A stretch of DNA of 64,000 bases from an uncultured Micrococcales bacterium (GCA_903834635.1 CAILJO010000082.1:8593-72592), one strand, 5' to 3'; shown: positions 10,558-21,228, counted from the first letter of the stretch. Numbers and translations: made by a program. The notes: generated by a model not told the origin, from the letters alone.

Positions 10558-13500
10558 TTATTCGGATTCTGTTTGACCATAAAACAGGCGTTCAAAGACG
10601 CCTCTTGAGCGGCGAGTGAAGGCCAAGTAGTCCTGTTCTAAAGCGGAGGCACTCCCTGCCGGGTATTCAAGAATGCGAGCAATGCCATCGAGTTGTCGCC
10701 GATCGTTTGGAAGAACATCGGTGCGTTTATTTGCCCAAAGGACCGAGGCCGAACGCACTCGAGAAGCCAATAGCCAGGCCTCTTTAAGAACACGGGCGTC
10801 GTGTTCGGCGATCAGCCCTTCGGCTACGCAGGCACTCAGTGCTTCGAGTGTTTTGGGTGTTCGAATCGGTGGATGCTCGTGGCCGTGTTGAAGCTGCATA
10901 AGTTGGACGAGCCATTCAACATCAGAAAGCGAACCGCGCCCAAGTTTAAGATGCCTCCTAGCGTCTGCACCTTGTGGCAATCTTTCTGTTTCGACTCGGG
11001 CCTTGATTCTGCGAATCTGAATAATGGCTGATGCATCTAGAAGTTGCGGGTAGCGGTATTTATCAATGAGCTCTTCGAAATCAGTGCACAAAGCTTTTGC
11101 GCCAGCTACAGGTCTAGCCCGAAGAAGAGCCTGTGATTCCCAAGTATTTGCCCAGCGCTCGTAATACTGGCGATAAGAATCGAGGGATCGGGCAACTGCG
11201 CCGTTTTTGCCCTCAGGCCGAAGATCGATGTCAATTTCGAATTCAAGAACCGGATCGGCTGACAAACGCTTTAGTTCTGAGATGATTTTTTCAGCCACTT
11301 TTTGGGCCTCATCGTTTGAGGCGGCGTTTGCTCGATAAACAAACATCAGGTCTGCGTCACTTCCGAAGCCAAGCTCCTCGCCTCCGAACCTGCCCATTGC
11401 TATTGCAGCAAACTCCAGCAACTCCGACACGGGGCGTGAAGATACACCTGACTCCTTAGATGAACTAACAAGTTCAATAAAGGCTGCTAAGTAGCACTCC
11501 GTGATCGCAGTCAGACCGATCTCGATTTGTTGAAGACTCAGGTCTCCAAGCACTGCACCCATGGCGAGACGGAGAGTCTCTCTTCGTCTTATGTGCTTCA
11601 ATGCCGAAGCAGTTTTATCGAGGTCTTCATGCCTTTCAAGAATCGATGCCATTTCAGAACTTATCTCGTTGGAACTACGAGGTTGCACGTCACCAGAGTG
11701 TTCAAGCCAGGCAGCCGCTTCAGGTATTTTCTCTAAAAGGCTTGTTGCGAGTCGGCTGAGCGAAAGAACCGTGGTGAGGCGGTTTGCTGCACCTGATGAA
11801 TCTCTAAGCATTCTAAGAAACCACGGAGACTCGCCAAGGTCTTCACTGAGGCGACGAAAAGCTAGAAGGGCTACATCTGGTTCGCTACCCTCGCCAAACC
11901 ACTGAATGAGCACTGGCAGCAGTGAGCGTTGGATTGCTGCGCGCCTTGATAGCCCGCTTGTGAGCGCCTGAATGTGGGTCATCGCGCTCTTGGCATCCAA
12001 GAACCCAATGGCCCGCAATCGATCCTCAGCCTGTTCGCTACTAAGCGAAAGGTCCGAGTTATCAAGTCTGGCCACAGCAGAAAGAAGTGGTCTATAGAAC
12101 ACCTGTTGGTGCAACGAGCGCACTTCGGCCTTTACTGCTTCCCATCGACTGGTTAGCTCATCCGCGTTCTTGAGACCAACCTGGCGAGCAATGGCACGTA
12201 GCGCCGATTCACTTGTCGGCATCAGGTGTGTGCGACGCATTGCTGAAAGTTGGATTCTGTGCTCCAAAAGGCGCAAGAATCGGTAGTCGCGGTCAAAAGT
12301 GGCCGCGTCTTCTCGCCCGATGTACCCAGCGTCTCGCAGGGCTGCAATCGCCGATAGCGTGTCTCGAACCTGGACACTTGAATCTGTTCGACCATGCACA
12401 AGTTGAAGCAACTGCACGGTGAACTCGATATCTCTTAACCCGCCCGGACCGAGCTTGATTTGGCGATCGACCTCTTCGTTAGGAATGAACTCCATCACGC
12501 GTTCACGCATCTTTTGGGCCGACTCAACGAAACCGTCACGCCCGGCAGAGCTCCAAACTAGTGCCTGAGTTTTAGCGCAATATTCTTCACCGAGTTGCTC
12601 GTCACCTGCGATTACACGTGCCTTCAACAGCGCTTGAAACTCCCAGTTCTGAGCCCATCGATCGTAATAAGCCAAATGCGAGTCCAGTGTGCGAACAAGC
12701 GCTCCCGATTTGCCTTCTGGTCGAAGATTGGGATCAACCTGCCAAAGTGCCGGCTCAGAAGCATTTCCATCCATGGCTCGCATCATGCGTGTAGCCAGTC
12801 TGGTAGCAATCTCGAGAGCCCGCGAGCTCTCGGTTCGATCATTAGCCGATTCGGCAACAAAAATGACATCGACGTCGCTGATGTAGTTGAGCTCGCGAGC
12901 ACCACATTTGCCCATGGCTATTACAGCCAAACGTGTGTCGGCAACCTCTGTAGCGTTGTATACGCCGTGATCCGAGGTAGTCGTGAGTTCGACCCTGGCA
13001 GCCTGCAAACCTGCTTCTAAAGCCGCCGAAGCTAAATCAGCCAGATGAGCGGCAACGACATGCATGCCCGACTCTGGGTTACCCTGTGTTAGGTCAAAAG
13101 CCGCTAGTCTGAGCAATTCTTTGCGGTAGCGATAGCGAATCGAACTCCAGACTCTATCCGACTGAAAGTCAGGTTTCGCTGCATCGATAGCGGTTTCGAT
13201 AAAGGTTTTCTTTAGATCCACGACACCAGGAAGTTTCGCTTCAGACTTGTCCAAGACATTCAGCGCCTCTGGATGCCTACGCAAGAAATCGACCAACGCC
13301 GAGGATGCACCTAGGCAAAGAATTAACCTCTCTGCAGAGTCAGCACTCTTTAGAAGTTTTTTTATGGCTGTTTTATCAATCTCAGCGAGGTCCAACAGTG
13401 CGTTTAGCGCTTGATCGGGGCTGGCAGAGCGGGAAAGTGGATCTAAAGCCGATCTTCCGGAATCTCCAACGACCGCGACTAGTTGATCAAGCTTTTTGAT

Positions 13501-13569
13501 CGTAGCCTCGAGCTCGACGAAACCTAGCCTCGCCAACTCGGAGAGGCCGAAACTCCGCGCATCGGCCAT
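10558..13569 (-). CDS. glnE: Bifunctional glutamine synthetase adenylyltransferase/deadenylase
   Basis: Two nucleotidyltransferase domains (MGKCGARELNYISDVD; MGRFGGEELGFGSDAD), LRPEG twice, KLGPGGLRDIEF. Confidence 0.96.
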   Translation of the reverse strand: MADARSFGLSELARLGFVELEATIKKLDQLVAVVGDSGRSALDPLSRSASPDQALNALLDLAEIDKTAIKKLLKSADSAERLILCLGASSALVDFLRRHPEALNVLDKSEAKLPGVVDLKKTFIETAIDAAKPDFQSDRVWSSIRYRYRKELLRLAAFDLTQGNPESGMHVVAAHLADLASAALEAGLQAARVELTTTSDHGVYNATEVADTRLAVIAMGKCGARELNYISDVDVIFVAESANDRTESSRALEIATRLATRMMRAMDGNASEPALWQVDPNLRPEGKSGALVRTLDSHLAYYDRWAQNWEFQALLKARVIAGDEQLGEEYCAKTQALVWSSAGRDGFVESAQKMRERVMEFIPNEEVDRQIKLGPGGLRDIEFTVQLLQLVHGRTDSSVQVRDTLSAIAALRDAGYIGREDAATFDRDYRFLRLLEHRIQLSAMRRTHLMPTSESALRAIARQVGLKNADELTSRWEAVKAEVRSLHQQVFYRPLLSAVARLDNSDLSLSSEQAEDRLRAIGFLDAKSAMTHIQALTSGLSRRAAIQRSLLPVLIQWFGEGSEPDVALLAFRRLSEDLGESPWFLRMLRDSSGAANRLTTVLSLSRLATSLLEKIPEAAAWLEHSGDVQPRSSNEISSEMASILERHEDLDKTASALKHIRRRETLRLAMGAVLGDLSLQQIEIGLTAITECYLAAFIELVSSSKESGVSSRPVSELLEFAAIAMGRFGGEELGFGSDADLMFVYRANAASNDEAQKVAEKIISELKRLSADPVLEFEIDIDLRPEGKNGAVARSLDSYRQYYERWANTWESQALLRARPVAGAKALCTDFEELIDKYRYPQLLDASAIIQIRRIKARVETERLPQGADARRHLKLGRGSLSDVEWLVQLMQLQHGHEHPPIRTPKTLEALSACVAEGLIAEHDARVLKEAWLLASRVRSASVLWANKRTDVLPNDRRQLDGIARILEYPAGSASALEQDYLAFTRRSRGVFERLFYGQTESE

Positions 13570-13574
13570 AGCTG

Positions 13575-14912
13575 TTAGAGGGTCTCTAGGTTTTGCTTCA
13601 GTTCAAAGGGCGTTACTTGTGAACGGTATTCGCTCCATTCACGACGCTTATTAGCAAGAACATACGAAAAGACCTCTTCACCGAGTGTCTCTGCAGCCAG
13701 TTCGCTTTCTTCGAGTTTGCGGATAGCGTGATCGAGGCTCTGTGGCAAAGGTTGAATTCCCATGGCACGTCGCTCAGAGTCGGTGAGACTCCAAACATTG
13801 TCTTCGGTTTCTGCTGGTAGCTCGTATTCGTTCTCAATACCCTTTAGACCCGCCGACAAAATCAGGGCGTAGGCGAGGTATGGGTTCGCGGCCGAGTCAA
13901 TGGCGCGGTACTCGATTCGCGACGACTGACCCTTGTTCGGCTTATACAAGGGCACTCGGATCAGCGCGGAGCGGTTGTTGTGCCCCCAGCAGACGAACGA
14001 TGGGGCTTCTCCCCCACCCCAAAGGCGCTTGTATGAGTTGACGTACTGATTGGTGACCGCAGTGATTTCTGGCGCGTGGTGAAGCAAGCCAGCGATGAAG
14101 TGTTTTGCCGTCTTCGACAGGTGGTACTCACCGCCAGGCTCAAAGAAAGCGTTGGTGTCACCCTGAAACAGAGACATGTGGGTGTGCATGCCAGATCCTG
14201 GGTGTTCAGTAAAAGGTTTCGGCATGAACGTCGCGTATACGCCCTGTTCGATTGCCACCTCTTTGATCACTGTTCGGAAAGTCATGATGTTGTCGGCCAT
14301 AGTTAGAGCATCGGCATAGCGAAGGTCGATTTCATTCTGACCAGGGCCGCCCTCATGGTGGCTAAACTCGACGGAAATACCGAGTTGCTCAAGCATCGAA
14401 ACGGCTCGGCGGCGGAAATCGTGGGCGGTTCCACCAGGCACATTATCGAAGTATCCAGCCTTATCGACCGGAATGGGCCCTTCAGGACCGATGCTCGAAG
14501 ACTTAAGCAGGTAGAACTCGATTTCAGGGTGAATGTAAAAACTGAAACCCATGTCGCTGGCTTTAGCCAGCGCGCGACGGAGCACGTTTCGAGGGTCGGC
14601 TGCAGCCGGTTGGCCATCGGGGGTTTGGATGTCGCAGAACATGCGAGCAGTCGGGTCAATCTCGCCACGCCACGGCAGAATCTGAAAAGTGCTCGGATCT
14701 GGACACGCGAGCATGTCGGCTTCATACGTGCGAGCAAGACCTTCGATGGCGCTGCCGTCGAAGCCAATACCTTCGGCAAAAGCGCCTTCGATTTCGGCTG
14801 GAGCGATGGCAACAGACTTTAGTGTGCCGGCCACATCGGTGAACCATAGGCGCACAAACTTGACGCTGCGCTCCTCGATTGTGCGCAATACAAAGTCACG
14901 TTGCTTGTCCAT
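13575..14912 (-). CDS. glnA2: Glutamine synthetase family protein GlnA2
   Basis: Start MDKQRDFVLRTIEER at 14912 with SD GAGAGG; FDGSAIEG, HHEGGPGQNEID; no adenylylated Tyr. Confidence 0.93.
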   Translation of the reverse strand: MDKQRDFVLRTIEERSVKFVRLWFTDVAGTLKSVAIAPAEIEGAFAEGIGFDGSAIEGLARTYEADMLACPDPSTFQILPWRGEIDPTARMFCDIQTPDGQPAAADPRNVLRRALAKASDMGFSFYIHPEIEFYLLKSSSIGPEGPIPVDKAGYFDNVPGGTAHDFRRRAVSMLEQLGISVEFSHHEGGPGQNEIDLRYADALTMADNIMTFRTVIKEVAIEQGVYATFMPKPFTEHPGSGMHTHMSLFQGDTNAFFEPGGEYHLSKTAKHFIAGLLHHAPEITAVTNQYVNSYKRLWGGGEAPSFVCWGHNNRSALIRVPLYKPNKGQSSRIEYRAIDSAANPYLAYALILSAGLKGIENEYELPAETEDNVWSLTDSERRAMGIQPLPQSLDHAIRKLEESELAAETLGEEVFSYVLANKRREWSEYRSQVTPFELKQNLETL

Positions 14913-14952
14913 TGAAGGAATCCTCTCTTTGCCTACTACTAGGCTAATGGTT

Positions 14953-16605
14953 ATGCCAAAAGTTCGCCTTTCGCTGGCCCAAATCAACCCGACTGTGGGT
15001 GATATTTCTGCCAACACCGCAGAGATACTGAGCTTTTGCAAGGCGGCAGCCGCAGAGGGCACTGATGTTGTCGTCTTTGGCGAGATGACGATCACTGGGT
15101 ATCCGATCGAAGACTTGGCAACACGTGAGTCATTTGTGACCAGAGCACACTCGGCTGTAAACGAGTTGGCTCAGAAACTCGTTGAACTGGGTCTTGGCGA
15201 CCTGATGGTAGTGATCGGGCACCCCGCTCTAGCCTCGCCAGAGGCAAGAAACGGTTGGGCGATTGCCCAAAACTGCGCGAGTGTGATTCTCGGCGGCAAA
15301 GTAATTGGCAAATATGCGAAGCACCACCTGCCCAACTATTCGGTTTTCGACGAGTATCGAAATTTCGTACCGGGCAATGAATTGCTGGTCGTCGAGCGGC
15401 TCGGGCTAAAGTTTGCCATCGTCATCTGCGAAGACATTTGGCAGACTGGAGGACCCGTTGCTGAAATCTCTAAGCACGATGCCGACGTTACTTTGGTGCT
15501 GAACGGTTCACCTTTTGAAGTAGACAAAGATGACCGAAGGTTAGAGCTCGTTCGTGAACTAGCGCTCAAACACTCAACAACAACCGCTTATGTGAATCTG
15601 GTGGGCGGTCAGGACGATCTAGTTTTTGACGGCGACAGCATCGTTGTCGACGCATCGGGACAGCTCGTTGGGCGCAGCTATCAATTCGAAGAAGATCTTT
15701 TGAGCGTCGACATTGAAGATCGCTCTGTTTCACTATCATCGGCCCATCCCCTGGTCAAAAAGGACGACACCTGGCAGATTTGGAATGCGCTCGTTTTAGG
15801 GCTTCGTGACTATGTGAAAAAGAACGGCTTCAAGAGCGTAGTTCTTGGTCTTTCTGGTGGCATAGATTCGGCTGTCTGCGCCGTCATCGCCGCGGATGCA
15901 ATAGGCGCTGAAAATGTCTATGGCATTTCAATGCCGAGCGTCTATTCAAGCGACCACTCAAAATCTGATGCGCAAGACCTAGCTGAGCGAATCGGCTGTC
16001 ACTATTACACAGTTCCCATTGAACCGATGGTTGAATCTTTCGAGCAGGAACTTAAGTTCAGCGGGCTTGCCAGCGAAAACCTTCAGGCCCGTGTTCGAGG
16101 GGTTGTTCTCATGGGGCTCAGCAACCAGTTTGGGCACTTGACGCTCACCACCGGAAACAAAACAGAACTTGCCGTGGGTTACAGCACGATCTATGGCGAC
16201 TCAGTGGGTGGATTCGCTCCAATCAAAGATGTCGAAAAGACGCTTGTTTGGGAATTGGCGAAGTGGAGAAACCTTCAGGCTGAAAGCGATGGACAGATCG
16301 CCCCAATTCCTGAAAACTCAATCTCGAAGCCACCTTCTGCCGAGCTTCGACCGGGACAAGTGGATCAGGATTCGCTGCCAGAGTATGACGTTCTTGACGC
16401 GATTCTAGAAATGTACGTGGGCCAACGTGCTTCTGCAGGCAGCATCGTGGCTGCAGGTTTCGATGCCGAAACCGTGAACCGCATAGCTGCACTGGTTGAC
16501 CGAGCAGAGTGGAAACGCCGCCAAGGCGCAATAGGTCCAAAAATAACAGGGATGGCCTTTGGCCGTGACCGACGCCTTCCGATTACCAACAAATACAAGG
16601 AGTAA
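14953..16605 (+). CDS. nadE: Glutamine-dependent NAD+ synthetase
   Basis: N-terminal nitrilase domain (E, KHHLP, ICEDIW) plus SGGIDS and PPSAELRPGQ; start MPKVRLSLAQ with TAGGCT 7 nt upstream. Confidence 0.96.
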   Translation: MPKVRLSLAQINPTVGDISANTAEILSFCKAAAAEGTDVVVFGEMTITGYPIEDLATRESFVTRAHSAVNELAQKLVELGLGDLMVVIGHPALASPEARNGWAIAQNCASVILGGKVIGKYAKHHLPNYSVFDEYRNFVPGNELLVVERLGLKFAIVICEDIWQTGGPVAEISKHDADVTLVLNGSPFEVDKDDRRLELVRELALKHSTTTAYVNLVGGQDDLVFDGDSIVVDASGQLVGRSYQFEEDLLSVDIEDRSVSLSSAHPLVKKDDTWQIWNALVLGLRDYVKKNGFKSVVLGLSGGIDSAVCAVIAADAIGAENVYGISMPSVYSSDHSKSDAQDLAERIGCHYYTVPIEPMVESFEQELKFSGLASENLQARVRGVVLMGLSNQFGHLTLTTGNKTELAVGYSTIYGDSVGGFAPIKDVEKTLVWELAKWRNLQAESDGQIAPIPENSISKPPSAELRPGQVDQDSLPEYDVLDAILEMYVGQRASAGSIVAAGFDAETVNRIAALVDRAEWKRRQGAIGPKITGMAFGRDRRLPITNKYKE

Positions 16606-16607
16606 AA

Positions 16608-17000
16608 GTGGCAGCCGATCGTTTGATTTCTTCAGGAGGGCCGTGGGAGGCCGTAATTGGCTACTCCAGAGCCGTTGTAGCCGGTGAATACGTGCACGTA
16701 TCCGGATCCACCGCAACAGTAGACGGCGTTCTTCAACATGAAGGCGATGCCTATGGACAAACACGCGTCGCCTTCAAAGTAATCGAATCGGCATTAGCTC
16801 AAGCTGGTTATGAACTCAAAGACATCGTTCGCACTCGGGTGTATTTGGCGTCAGCCGAGGACATGGACTCGGTGGGTAAAGCCCATGGAGAACTATTCTC
16901 AGAAATTCGCCCTGCCGCAACCATGTTGGCTGGCATTCAGTTCATCAATCCAAAGATGCTGGTCGAGATTGAAGTTGACGCCTGGAAGTCTAAGAATTGA
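16608..17000 (+). CDS. Rid (YjgF/YER057c/UK114) family protein, probably Rid7-like
   Basis: [29 protein letters not shown]. Confidence 0.88.
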   Translation: MAADRLISSGGPWEAVIGYSRAVVAGEYVHVSGSTATVDGVLQHEGDAYGQTRVAFKVIESALAQAGYELKDIVRTRVYLASAEDMDSVGKAHGELFSEIRPAATMLAGIQFINPKMLVEIEVDAWKSKN

Positions 17001-17806
17001 CCGAAAATTCGCCGAAAACGGTTCGCACGGCAACACTTCTTGATTTCAAGGCGGAGGGTCGCAAAATTGTCTGCCTAACGAGTTACGACGCACTCACTGC
17101 GGGAATATTCGACGCGGCTGGCATAGACGTTCTGCTCGTAGGAGACTCGGCTGCAGACAATAGCCTCGGTTACAAGACAACTCTGCCAATCACACTTGAT
17201 GAAATGATTCCTTTTGGGCGCGCGGTAGCCGCTGCCGCAAAACGTGCGCTGGTTGTGGTGGACCTGCCGTTTGGAACTTACGAAACGTCACCAGCCGACG
17301 CGCTGGCCAGCGCCATCCGTGTAATGAAAGAAACCGGTGCAGCGGCTGTAAAGCTTGAAGGTGGCAAACGAAGTTCCGAAGCGATCCGCGCAATTACCGA
17401 AGCCGGCATACCAGTCATGGCTCACATTGGTTTCACACCCCAAAGCGTTCACAATCTCGGTGGTTTCAAAGTGCAAGGTCGAGGCGATTCGGCAGACCAA
17501 CTGATAGCCGACGCACTTGCAGTTGAGGCTGCCGGGGCGTTTGCCGTTGTGCTTGAACTTGTTCCAGCATCTTTGGCCGCCGAAGTCACGACACTACTAA
17601 GTATTCCGACAATCGGCATTGGCGCTGGAAACGATACTGACGGGCAAATTCTCGTTTGGACAGACTTCGCTGGGTTGCATCAGGGCAGACCTCGAAAGTT
17701 CGTTAGGCAATATGCCTCGCTATTTGAAACTCTCACCAACGCCGCAAAGCAGTATCGCGATGACGTCGTGGCGAAGTCTTTTCCTAACAAGGATGAAGAG
17801 TTCTAG
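16997..17806 (+). CDS. panB: 3-methyl-2-oxobutanoate hydroxymethyltransferase
   Basis: LTSYD, LLVGDS, VKLEGG, HIGFTPQ, IGIGAG. Confidence 0.97.
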   Translation: MTENSPKTVRTATLLDFKAEGRKIVCLTSYDALTAGIFDAAGIDVLLVGDSAADNSLGYKTTLPITLDEMIPFGRAVAAAAKRALVVVDLPFGTYETSPADALASAIRVMKETGAAAVKLEGGKRSSEAIRAITEAGIPVMAHIGFTPQSVHNLGGFKVQGRGDSADQLIADALAVEAAGAFAVVLELVPASLAAEVTTLLSIPTIGIGAGNDTDGQILVWTDFAGLHQGRPRKFVRQYASLFETLTNAAKQYRDDVVAKSFPNKDEEF

Positions 17807-18006
17807 TTCTCATCCTCGCTACGAATGGTTGCAGCTCGTTCTGAAATGATTTTTAGGGCTTGGCTTGCCTGTTCCTTTGAAGCAAACGGACCTATACGGC
17901 TTACCGAGGCCGACAGTCTCCCAAACTCGACAGTCCCAGTTTTGGTGTTGAACCACCACTCCTCCGGGGTGCCATCTGAAGCGATTTTCTTGTCTGAGGG
18001 TGTCAT
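17803..18006 (-). CDS. Small conserved hypothetical protein divergent from map
   Basis: 67 aa, [11 protein letters not shown]...RIGPF.S.E.A..AL pattern; own leaderless -10 TAGGCT (18013-18018) 6 nt from the ATG. Confidence 0.75.
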   Translation of the reverse strand: MTPSDKKIASDGTPEEWWFNTKTGTVEFGRLSASVSRIGPFASKEQASQALKIISERAATIRSEDEN

Positions 18007-18043
18007 AACGCAAGCCTAATCAAGGGCAAACTAAACTGACAAC

Positions 18044-18907
18044 ATGCCGAAAGACGCCGCGGGCCACCTGACACCGGGACGAATTTCTGCTCGGCTAGAT
18101 GTTCCTCAAGGCATTCCTCGCCCGGAGTACGTTTGGAAGCCGGCACCTGCCCGATTCACTGGTTCAAATGTGAAGAACTCGGATCAGATAGAAAAAATTC
18201 GTAGAGCCGGTCGCATAGCCGCGCAGGCGATTGATCTAGCTGGTGCCGCAGCTGTGCCGGGTGTCTCGACAGACCAATTAGACAAAATCGTTCACGAGTT
18301 CGTTGTTAGCCAAGGTGCCTACCCAAGCACACTCGGCTACCGGAACTATCCAAAATCCTGCTGCACCTCGATAAACGAGGTAATTTGCCATGGCATTCCA
18401 GATGACACGGTTCTCGAAGAGGGCGATATAGTCAACATCGACGTCACCGCATACCTCGACGGGTTTCATGGCGATAGCAACAAAACCTTTGAGGTTGGGC
18501 AGGTTAGCGGCCGGGTGCATGACCTCGTGGAGCGCACTAGAGAAGCTCTGCAAAGAGGTATGTCTGTGGTGGCGCCCGGACGCGAGGTGAATGTTATTGG
18601 CCGAGCAATCGAGTCTTATGCCAAGAGGTTTGGTTATGGTGTCGTGCGTGACTTCACCGGCCACGGAATCGGCGAAGCGTTTCATTCAGGCCTAATCATC
18701 CCGCACTACGACACCAACGTTTATGCCGACGTAATGGAAGTTGGCATGGTTTTCACTATCGAACCGATGCTAACGCTCGGCACACATACCTGGGACATTT
18801 GGCAAGACCAATGGACCATCTTGACAAAAGACAAAAGCATCACCGCGCAGTTCGAGCACACGCTGGTCGTCACCGAGACCGGCTTCGACATTTTGACACT
18901 GCCATAA
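18044..18907 (+). CDS. map: Type I methionine aminopeptidase
   Basis: NEVICHGIPD, NIDVT, HGD, GHGIG, FTIEPM, QFEHT; TAAACT 6 nt before the ATG. Confidence 0.97.
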   Translation: MPKDAAGHLTPGRISARLDVPQGIPRPEYVWKPAPARFTGSNVKNSDQIEKIRRAGRIAAQAIDLAGAAAVPGVSTDQLDKIVHEFVVSQGAYPSTLGYRNYPKSCCTSINEVICHGIPDDTVLEEGDIVNIDVTAYLDGFHGDSNKTFEVGQVSGRVHDLVERTREALQRGMSVVAPGREVNVIGRAIESYAKRFGYGVVRDFTGHGIGEAFHSGLIIPHYDTNVYADVMEVGMVFTIEPMLTLGTHTWDIWQDQWTILTKDKSITAQFEHTLVVTETGFDILTLP

Positions 18908-18924
18908 ACGAAAGCGATCAACTA

Positions 18925-19680
18925 ATGGCAAAAAAGGCTATCGGAATTGACATCGGCGGCACCGGCATTAAAGGAGCGGTTGCCGATGTGAAGGAAGGCT
19001 CGCTAATTAGCGAGCGCATTCGAGTGGAAACCCCCGACGGTGGCCGACCAAAAGATATTGCAGCGGCGGTGGCATAACTCATCGATGATCTTGGCTACAG
19101 CAAAAACCTGGAGGTTGGAATCTGTTTTCCTGCGGTTGTTCAGCACGGAGTAACCAAGTCGGCTGCCAACATCTCTGAAGAGTGGATTGATCTAGATGCA
19201 GACGCACTATTTACTAAGACTCTAAAGCGTCACGTTCATATCTTGAACGACGCCGACGCAGCAGGCGTGGCCGAAGCAAAGTTCGGAGCTGCCAAGAAGG
19301 CTAAGGGCTTGACCATTTTGACCACATTGGGAACTGGAATTGGTGTTGCACTGTTGTATGACGGCGAGCTGATTCCTAATGCCGAGCTTGGCCACTTGGA
19401 AATTGATGGCGTGGACGCCGAAACCATTGCCTCATTTGCCGCAAAAGAACGCGAGAACCTTGACTGGGCGCAGTGGGCAGCGCGCCTGCAGCGCTATTAC
19501 AGCGAGATGGAACGACTTTTTTCGCCAGATATGTTCATTGTGGGCGGTGGAGTCAGCAAGCAGTACGCCGATTTCTTGCCGCTTCTCAAGCTAAAAACCA
19601 AGATCGTTCCGGCTGAAACGCGCAACAGCGCAGGAATCCTAGGCGCAGCCGCTCTGGCCTATAAGAATCGCGAAGACTAA
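18925..19680 (+). pseudogene. ppgK: Polyphosphate glucokinase (ROK) interrupted by an in-frame TAA at codon 51 (pseudogene or sequence error)
   Basis: GIDIGGTGIKGA...AAAVA-TAA(19075-19077)-LIDDLGY...ICFPAVV...AANIS...LNDADAAG...TTLGTGIG...NAELGH, all in one frame. Confidence 0.88.
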
Positions 19681-19687
19681 AAGTATT

Positions 19688-20035
19688 GGACGGGTCAGCC
19701 GATACGCCGGGTTCTGTACTCCTTGCGGAGTGACGATCATCTATCTGGGATTGCCGTTGCCGACAACCTCTAGCGACCTACCCGTTGGCTAGAGCGAGCA
19801 GCTCTATTCACCAACTATCTGGTCTTGCTCCTGACGAGGTTTACCTAGCCAATCTGGTCACCCAGACTGCTGGTGGTCTCTTACACCACCGTTTCACCCT
19901 TACCGCTTTCGCGGCGGTCTGCTTTCTGTTGCACTTTCTCGCGGGTTTCCCCGAGTGGGTGTTACCCACCATCATGCTCTTTGGAGCCCGGACGTTCCTC
20001 GACATTACTGCCGCGATCGTCTGGCCAACCCATCC
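19688..20035 (-). ncRNA. rnpB: RNase P RNA (bacterial type A)
   Basis: GAGGAACGTCCGGGCTCC near the 5' end and ACAGAACCCGGCGTAT near the 3' end; termini complementary (P1); -10 TAGGCT at 20042-20047. Confidence 0.95.
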
Positions 20036-20073
20036 GAGTCCAGCCTAACCAAAGCCAGCCTAGAGCGGAATAG

Positions 20074-21228
20074 CTAAAGGTGGTTTGTGTCGTTTACTGT
20101 GACAACCTCGGTAGCCTGATCGCCCCACATGCGAATGATGGTCATCGAGCAAGGTGCAATCTGGGTCGCCCAATACGCGGAGACTCCTCCGTCAAACGCG
20201 TATCTTGCGAATCCACGAATCGGCATCACATGGCCGACCACCACAACGGTTTTCCCTGCATGTTGGCCAACAATTCTTTTGCGCGCTTGCATGACCCGCT
20301 CATCGAACTCTTGGAGACTTTCGCCGTTTGGGGGTGAAACGGTCCATGACCCTCTCCAGGCCTCCCATTGCTGTGGCCACTGCTCGGCCACTTCTTCGTT
20401 CGTGTGACCATCCCAGTCGCCAAAGCTTATTTCTGCGATGTCTTCATCTAGCGACACCTCGAGCCCAAGTTGATTTGCGATTATGTTGGCAGTATCAACG
20501 GTGCGCTGAATTGGGCTAGAGACTATTGCCGATGGCGGCTTTAGATAGGCATATTGCCCTTCGGTGCCAATCTTTGCCAGAGCTTTGGCTACTTTGTGGG
20601 CGTCCTCTCGACCGAGTTCGCTCAAGTGCGGATTCTCTCCCCCACGGCCCGAGATCTTCTTTCCTTCGGTCAACTTTGTTCGACCGTGTCGAACAAGGAT
20701 GACAGTGGTCAAGGGTGCGTCGACATGACCAGGTGCTCGAACTGAGCTAGGTTTTTCACTATTGAATTCAACAACACTCGGATGCATCGACGTGGTCGTG
20801 GTGTCTACAGTTCGGTCAGCTTGTTCATCCATTGCTCGGTTCGCCAACGCGTCTGCTCGGTGGTTTTCTTCACGCGGAATCCACTGGTAAGTTACGTCGA
20901 GTCCTGAAGCAATACCTTGAATCTCCATGGCCAGGGCGCGCATGTCGGGATGTTTGATTTTCCAGTTTCCCGACATTTGTTCAATAACGAGCTTGCTGTC
21001 CATTCTGACCGATATTTTTGCAGCCGGATTAATTTTGCGCACCTCGACTAGAGCCGCTTTCAAAGCTGTGTATTCAGCTACGTTATTGGTCGCAATTCCG
21101 ATGAACATCGAAATTTCGCGAAGCACCAAACCAGTCACTTCATCAATCACGACGGCACCCGAGCCTGAAGGACCAGGGTTTCCTCTTGAACCACCGTCGG
21201 CTTCGATGCCTAGATGCGAGTAGTTCAT
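20074..21228 (-). CDS. Bifunctional RNase HI / histidine (acid) phosphatase
   Basis: ADGGSRGNPG, NNVAEY, MDSKLV RNase H motifs followed by an LVRHG phosphatase domain; start at 21228 overlaps the upstream stop (ATGA). Confidence 0.93.
   Translation of the reverse strand: MNYSHLGIEADGGSRGNPGPSGSGAVVIDEVTGLVLREISMFIGIATNNVAEYTALKAALVEVRKINPAAKISVRMDSKLVIEQMSGNWKIKHPDMRALAMEIQGIASGLDVTYQWIPREENHRADALANRAMDEQADRTVDTTTTSMHPSVVEFNSEKPSSVRAPGHVDAPLTTVILVRHGRTKLTEGKKISGRGGENPHLSELGREDAHKVAKALAKIGTEGQYAYLKPPSAIVSSPIQRTVDTANIIANQLGLEVSLDEDIAEISFGDWDGHTNEEVAEQWPQQWEAWRGSWTVSPPNGESLQEFDERVMQARKRIVGQHAGKTVVVVGHVMPIRGFARYAFDGGVSAYWATQIAPCSMTIIRMWGDQATEVVTVNDTNHL

Noticed and set aside
14689..15095. Apparent head-to-head overlap of extended glnA2 (to 15095) and nadE (from 14689) ORFs
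   Set aside because: Recognisable N-termini begin at 14912 and 14953 with proper signals; the extensions are just open antisense frames
19075..19077. Stop-codon reassignment or programmed readthrough of TAA
   Set aside because: TAA terminates many intact genes in the window and no other in-frame stops were seen
19785..20073. Short plus-strand ORFs between ppgK and the RNase H fusion
   Set aside because: They lie antisense to the RNase P RNA gene
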